Below are positions 42,854 to 46,946 of a stretch of 46,946 bases of DNA, in pieces (position 1 is the first letter of the stretch; each line of letters opens with the position of its first letter). The notes below the pieces were generated by a model that did not search any database, had not been told where the DNA came from, and was given only the letters and a program-made list of their open reading frames with translations. The DNA lies in assembly GCA_002409365.1 (NCBI GenBank), contig DHUW01000090.1, positions 32,531 through 79,476 on the forward strand, given 5' to 3'. The DNA comes from Anaerolineaceae bacterium UBA5224 (GTDB lineage: Bacteria > Chloroflexota > Anaerolineae > Anaerolineales > Anaerolineaceae). The position numbers were made by a program, and so were the translations under genes.

Positions 42854-42884
42854 TCAGAACACTCCAGAATCAGGCAGCCTATCC

Positions 42885-43349
42885 ATGTCTAAAGAATCCT
42901 TAACCAGCGATCAGACAGAGATAGTTGATGCCGTGGGCACCTCAAAAGTTTTTCTTTTGACCCAGAGACTTTGGCAGATACGTCTGCTGAGGTTCCTGGT
43001 TGTGGGGGCGATCAACACACTTTTCAGTTACCTGGTATATGCCGTTTTAATTCTGATAGGCAGCCACTACAGCCTGGCAACCCTGATTTCCACCATTTTG
43101 GGGGTGATCTTCAACTTTTTCACGACAGGAAGAATAGTTTTTCGCATTTTGGACAACAAACGTTTCGTCATGTTCGTCCTGGTCTATGCTTTCACTTATT
43201 TTGTCAACGTAATGTTTCTACGCTTGCTGATCGATGGTCTGGAAATGGATAAACTTCTCGCCGGAGCATTGGTCACTCTGCCAGTTGCTTTGCTCTCATA
43301 TTTCTTGAATGCCAATGTAACTTTTAAAGACAAACCATCAAATCTATAA
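42885..43349 (+). CDS. GtrA family membrane protein (lipid-linked sugar translocation/accessory)
   Basis: LLRFLVVGAINTLFSYLVYAVLILIG plus three further TM helices. ATG 42885 lies after the paralog B stop. The ORF-track start 42783 overlaps the upstream gene. Confidence 0.75.
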   Translation: MSKESLTSDQTEIVDAVGTSKVFLLTQRLWQIRLLRFLVVGAINTLFSYLVYAVLILIGSHYSLATLISTILGVIFNFFTTGRIVFRILDNKRFVMFVLVYAFTYFVNVMFLRLLIDGLEMDKLLAGALVTLPVALLSYFLNANVTFKDKPSNL

Positions 43350-43368
43350 CCAAACCACAAGGAACTGT

Positions 43369-44154
43369 ATGCAGTATCCAGACCAACTAAACCAGATCTC
43401 GAGTATAAGTGCAGTTTTTCCAGCCTACAACGATGCCGGTACGATCCCCAGCATGGTATTGACGGCACTGCTTGCTTTGCGTCGGGTGACGGATGATTAT
43501 GAAGTGATTGTGACCAACGATGGCAGCAAGGATAACACCGGCATTGTGCTGGACGAATTAGCTTCACGTTACCCTGAACTGAAGGTAATTCATCACCCTC
43601 AAAACCAGGGCTATGGCTGCGCCTTGCGAAGCGGTTTTACCAACGCCAGCAAAGACTGGGTCTTCTATACGGATGGCGATGGGCAATACAACCCGCTGGA
43701 ATTGATCAATCTGACGCAGGCGGTGACAGAGGAGATCGATGTGGTTAACGGCTACAAGATTTCGCGCCACGACCCTCTGATCAGAGTTGTGATCGGCAGG
43801 GTTTACCACCATTTAGTCAAGATCGCATTTGGCTTCAAGCTGCGCGATGTCGATTGCGATTTCAGGCTTATCAGGCGGGAATTATTCGAAAATGTTGCTT
43901 TGGAAAGCCGCACCGGCACGATCTGCCTGGAAATGGTCAAAAAATTCCAGGATGCAGGATACAAATTTGCTGAGGTACCGGTGAATCATTACTACCGCTC
44001 CTACGGTCGTTCGCAATTTTTCCGTTGGAAACATTTATGGACAACGTTTGAACACCTGACGCAGCTCTGGTGGAAACTGGTAATTAAGAAAGATCATCTG
44101 TCTTCTGAAGAACCCAGAGACAATCTGAGCACGACTGAAGAAAGGCAAGTGTGA
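43369..44154 (+). CDS. GT2 polyprenol-phosphate glycosyltransferase (GtrB/ArnC/DPM1-like)
   Basis: ISAVFPAYNDAGTI, VTNDGSKDNT, YTDGDGQY (DxD), soluble, about 260 aa. Confidence 0.8.
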   Translation: MQYPDQLNQISSISAVFPAYNDAGTIPSMVLTALLALRRVTDDYEVIVTNDGSKDNTGIVLDELASRYPELKVIHHPQNQGYGCALRSGFTNASKDWVFYTDGDGQYNPLELINLTQAVTEEIDVVNGYKISRHDPLIRVVIGRVYHHLVKIAFGFKLRDVDCDFRLIRRELFENVALESRTGTICLEMVKKFQDAGYKFAEVPVNHYYRSYGRSQFFRWKHLWTTFEHLTQLWWKLVIKKDHLSSEEPRDNLSTTEERQV

Positions 44155-44157
44155 GTT

Positions 44158-45147
44158 ATGGATTACAGCAGTTTCGAAGGGAAAAAAGTGTTGATCACCG
44201 GCGGGCTGGGTTTCATCGGTTCAAACCTGGCGATCAGACTGGTCGAACTGGGCGCCGATGTAACCCTGGTTGATAGTCTGATCCCGACTTATGGGGGCAA
44301 CTTGTGGAATGTGGAGCCGATTGAAGGCAAAGTGCGAATCAACATTTCAGACGTGCGCGATCCATTCTCGATGAAGTATCTGGTGGCTGGTCAGGATTAT
44401 CTTTTCAACCTGGCTGGGCAAACCAGCCATGTTGACTCCATGGAAGACCCTGCCACCGACCTGGCGATCAACGTCCAGGCGCAACTTCAAATTCTGGAAG
44501 CCTGCCATCATTACAATCCTATTGTGAAAATTGTCTTCGCCAGCACCAGGCAGGTTTACGGTCGTCCAAGGCAAATTCCAGTCAACGAAGACCATCCCCT
44601 CTCTCCGGTCGACCTGAATGGCGTGCACAAACTGGCAGCAGAACAATATCACCGCCTTTTCAATAACATATATGGAATTCAAGCCGTGATCCTGAGGTTG
44701 ACCAATACCTATGGTCCCAGGATGCGTGTAAAGGATGCCCGGCAGACATTTTTGGGCATCTGGATCAGGCGGCTGCTTGAAGGTGAGCCGATTCTAATTT
44801 ACGGTGACGGCACCCAACTGCGCGATTACAACTACGTGGACGATGTAGTGGATGCCCTTCTCAGTGCTGCACAAAGCAGGGATTGCTGTGGAGAGGCGCT
44901 GAACCTTGGGTCAGAAGAAGTTTTTTCGCTTACCGAAACCGCTAAAGTTTTTCTAAAGCTTCACCCAGAAGGTCAAATAAAGTATGTGCCCTTCCCGAAA
45001 GACCGCCTGGCGATCGATATCGGAGACTACCAGGGGGATTGCAGTCGTATTCAAAAGGTATTGGGATGGTCTGCAAAAACGAAGTTTGAGGATGGGATGC
45101 GCAAGACATTGGCGTATTACGAGCAAAATCGTGAGAAATATTGGTGA
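44158..45147 (+). CDS. extended SDR, NAD-dependent sugar-nucleotide epimerase/dehydratase family
   Basis: KVLITGGLGFIGSNLAIRL (GxxGxxG), FASTRQVYG and NTYGPRM. At the expected YxxxK position the sequence reads NGVHKLAAE. Confidence 0.75.
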   Translation: MDYSSFEGKKVLITGGLGFIGSNLAIRLVELGADVTLVDSLIPTYGGNLWNVEPIEGKVRINISDVRDPFSMKYLVAGQDYLFNLAGQTSHVDSMEDPATDLAINVQAQLQILEACHHYNPIVKIVFASTRQVYGRPRQIPVNEDHPLSPVDLNGVHKLAAEQYHRLFNNIYGIQAVILRLTNTYGPRMRVKDARQTFLGIWIRRLLEGEPILIYGDGTQLRDYNYVDDVVDALLSAAQSRDCCGEALNLGSEEVFSLTETAKVFLKLHPEGQIKYVPFPKDRLAIDIGDYQGDCSRIQKVLGWSAKTKFEDGMRKTLAYYEQNREKYW

Positions 45148-45152
45148 GAAAT

Positions 45153-46268
45153 ATGAGCGACTTAAAGATACCTTCCGCTGATCCAAAGGCTGACTATGCG
45201 CAGCATGCGGCAGAGATTTCGCAAGCCATCCAAAATGTCTTGCAGAGTGGTCAATATATACTGGGTCCGGATGTAAAGCTTTTTGAGGAGACTTTCGCCA
45301 AATTTGTGGGTGTGGAAAATTGCGTATCAGTCAACAGCGGTACTGACTCTCTGGTTTTGGCTTTGAAAGCATTAGAAGTCGGCGTAGGCGATGAGGTTAT
45401 TACCGTCTCGCATACTTCCGTTGCTACTGTGGCGGCGATTGAACTTGTTGGTGCGCTGCCAGTATTGATTGACATCGACCCTGATACCTATTGCCTTGAC
45501 CCCAAAAAACTGGATGAATTAGTCAGCTCCAAAACAAAAGCAATCATTCCGGTTCATTTGTACGGTCAACCGGCGAATATGGATCCAATCCTGGAATTTG
45601 CACACCTGAAAAAAATTGCCGTCATAGAGGACTGTTCACAGGCTCATGGTGCAACCATCCGAGGGAAAATGGTCGGTGGGTTCGGAGACCTGGCGTGTTT
45701 CAGTTTCTATCCCACAAAAAACCTGGGAGCCATTGGTGATGGCGGCGCGGTTGTGACCAACCGATCCGATTTGGCAGAGAAATTGCGCCTTCTTCATCAA
45801 TATGGCTGGGAAGAACGCTACATCAGCAAGCTGGCAGGGATAAACAGCCGCATGGACGAACTGCAAGCGGCCATTCTGAACGTAAAGTTGCCTTTCCTGC
45901 CTGAAAAAATCCATCGAAGGCGGGCAATCGCTTCGATCTATGATCAGAGATTGGCAGATACCGGGTTTGTGCTGCCGAAACACCAGTCTGGCACAGAACA
46001 CGCAATGCACCTGTACGTGATCCAGGCTGATAAACGCGATGAACTCCAGGCGTTTATGAAGGAAAATGGCGTGGGCACCGGGATTCACTACCCCCTTGCT
46101 GTGCACCAGCAGCCAGCATACCTGGGAAGATTGCGCGGTTCGAACGAACTACCTGTCACAGAAAAGATCGTACCGCGGATCCTTAGCCTGCCGATGTATC
46201 CTCAATTATCCGACGAAAATGTTCATCGGGTTTGTGATTTATTGGTAGATTGGAGCAAACATTATTGA
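45153..46268 (+). CDS. DegT/DnrJ/EryC1/StrS (ArnB-like) PLP-dependent sugar aminotransferase
   Basis: ADYAQHAAEISQAIQNVLQSGQYILGPDVKLFEETFAKFVG, and the PLP-Lys context CFSFYPTKNLGAIGDGGAV. ATG 45153 follows the upstream stop (45147). Confidence 0.85.
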   Translation: MSDLKIPSADPKADYAQHAAEISQAIQNVLQSGQYILGPDVKLFEETFAKFVGVENCVSVNSGTDSLVLALKALEVGVGDEVITVSHTSVATVAAIELVGALPVLIDIDPDTYCLDPKKLDELVSSKTKAIIPVHLYGQPANMDPILEFAHLKKIAVIEDCSQAHGATIRGKMVGGFGDLACFSFYPTKNLGAIGDGGAVVTNRSDLAEKLRLLHQYGWEERYISKLAGINSRMDELQAAILNVKLPFLPEKIHRRRAIASIYDQRLADTGFVLPKHQSGTEHAMHLYVIQADKRDELQAFMKENGVGTGIHYPLAVHQQPAYLGRLRGSNELPVTEKIVPRILSLPMYPQLSDENVHRVCDLLVDWSKHY

Positions 46269-46286
46269 TTGGGTGTAGAAAAACTC

Positions 46287-46315
46287 TTGCCAAATCAAAA
46301 GTGCTCAGTTATAAT
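46287..46315 (+). promoter_or_regulatory. sigma70-type promoter for tRNA-Val
   Basis: TTGCCA (46287..46292), 17-nt spacer, TATAAT (46310..46315), 11 nt before the tRNA. Confidence 0.6.
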
Positions 46316-46326
46316 CCAGATTCCTT

Positions 46327-46400
46327 GGGCGGTTAGCTCAGTTGGTTAGAGCGTTGCGTTGACATCGCAAAGGTCGTAGGTTCGAGTCCTATACCACCCA
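46327..46400 (+). tRNA. tRNA-Val (anticodon GAC)
   Basis: 74-nt cloverleaf folded by hand. D arm GCTC/GAGC, anticodon stem TTGCG/CGCAA, loop TTGACAT, T arm GTAGG-TTCGAGT-CCTAT. The acceptor GGGCGGT/ACCACCC has one C:A mismatch. Confidence 0.85.
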
Positions 46401-46403
46401 CAC

Positions 46404-46434
46404 AAAAAACATCCTCTGAGAGGATGTTTTTTGT
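46404..46434 (+). terminator. rho-independent terminator after tRNA-Val
   Basis: aaaaaacatcc tctgaga ggatgtttttt followed by gtt. Confidence 0.85.
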
Positions 46435-46491
46435 TAATTCGTAGAGGGGCTTTCATAGTAAAAGTGTTATTGGTCTCAATGTAAAAGTATC

Positions 46492-46520
46492 TTGACAGCA
46501 ATTTTTCTCTCTGGTAATAT
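46492..46520 (+). promoter_or_regulatory. sigma70-type promoter for the downstream lipoprotein gene
   Basis: TTGACA (46492..46497), 17-nt spacer, TAATAT (46515..46520). Confidence 0.6.
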
Positions 46521-46671
46521 CGATATAAGTGGGCAAATCTGTCTGCCCGTGAAACCATTTGGCTTGGAACTTACCAGACTGGTAACGTGGAGAGCTAGTC
46601 GAAATATCTTCCAAAGAACAAATTCCATTTTCGCCATATTTTTTTTAAAAATTTCATAGAAGGAGTAATAG

Positions 46672-46946
46672 ATGAAAAGAAAGAAGTTTTTCGTCCAACT
46701 GGTACTGTTGATCATGAGCTTGATGTTGATTTTTTCAGTAACAGCCTGCCGTACAGCAGAACCCGCTCCGGCCGAAGTCACGGAAGAGGTTCCTGTTGAA
46801 GTAGTTCCCGAAGAAAAAGATTACAAAATCGGCATCATGACTGGTACAGTCTCCCAGGGTGAAGAGGAATACCAGGAAGCCATGAACCAGATCGCCAAGT
46901 ACGGCGACATGATCGTGCATGCCACCTACCCTGACAACTTCTCCAC
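46672..46946 (+). CDS. lipoprotein, probable periplasmic-binding-protein-fold solute-binding protein (DUF3798/BMP-like); 3' end off the window
   Basis: GAAGGAG RBS. MKRKKFFVQLVLLIMSLMLIFSVTAC has a lipobox. An acidic linker follows, then KIGIMTGTVSQGEEEYQEA, which resembles the start of binding-protein folds. Confidence 0.6.
   Translation, partial: MKRKKFFVQLVLLIMSLMLIFSVTACRTAEPAPAEVTEEVPVEVVPEEKDYKIGIMTGTVSQGEEEYQEAMNQIAKYGDMIVHATYPDNFS

Noticed and set aside
42783-42884. upstream extension of the GtrA ORF overlapping paralog B
   Set aside because: It would overlap the paralog B 3' end by 71 nt in another frame. ATG 42885 yields a normal GtrA length and N-terminus.
1202-46400. the whole region as a tRNA-bounded genomic island (tRNA-Lys at the left, tRNA-Val at the right)
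   Set aside because: There is no integrase, excisionase or transposase. I could find no direct repeat of either tRNA 3' end. The content is mostly housekeeping-like metabolism. Only sub-blocks (the Tad locus and 38.3-41.1 kb) look compositionally distinct.
46346-46781. 70-aa and 101-aa minus-strand ORFs
   Set aside because: They overlap the tRNA-Val gene, its terminator and the promoter/leader of the plus-strand lipoprotein gene. No RBS.

Overview
This is a 47-kb chromosomal window with no transposase, integrase, CRISPR array or rRNA. Gene content suggests a monoderm-type, possibly Chloroflexota/Anaerolineae-like organism, but that is inference only because no search was run. The window reads as six blocks.

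(1) 1-1.3 kb holds the 5' part of an S9 peptidase gene and tRNA-Lys(UUU).

(2) 1.3-14.1 kb is a complete Tad/Flp pilus locus with no secretin. It has a PilD-type prepilin peptidase, an Flp pilin, an SLT-like lytic transglycosylase, two TadE-like proteins, a TadG-like protein, CpaB, CpaE/TadZ, TadB, TadC, a TPR-TM-LysM protein, CpaF and DUF192. The gene order is non-canonical.

(3) 14.2-20.3 kb holds a GNAT, a metallophosphoesterase, a pair of hairpin repeats, a giant PMT/TIGR03663-like GT-C membrane protein fused to a six-bladed NHL propeller, and an orphan ArsM-type methyltransferase.

(4) 20.5-33.2 kb is a long minus-strand sugar/polyol block. It has a mannitol-family PTS split into separate EIIC, EIIB and EIIA genes, and an unusually long (580 aa) SorE-like zinc dehydrogenase. 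It also has two unknown proteins, 1-phosphofructokinase, a histidine phosphatase, a Gfo/Idh/MocA oxidoreductase, NanE and an FGGY kinase. A GH2 glycosidase and a GPH/MFS symporter sit upstream.

(5) 33.5-38.1 kb holds an exonuclease-DinG helicase fusion with a 4-Cys cluster, a small basic protein, a LysM lipoprotein and a Nudix hydrolase.

(6) 38.3-46.3 kb is an Arn-like / GtrA-GtrB-like lipid-carrier aminosugar glycosylation cluster. It has three GT-C-like membrane proteins, two of which are divergent paralogs, plus GtrA, a GT2, an SDR with an apparently missing catalytic Tyr, and a DegT-type aminotransferase. tRNA-Val(GAC) and the start of a lipoprotein binding-protein gene follow.

The most promising candidates for undescribed biology are three. 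First, the glycosylation cluster together with the GT-C-NHL fusion. Second, the split PTS / long-MDR operon, which has no canonical MtlD or regulator. Third, the accessory genes of the secretin-less Tad locus.

All functional calls rest on motifs I could read in the translations. No database search was possible.
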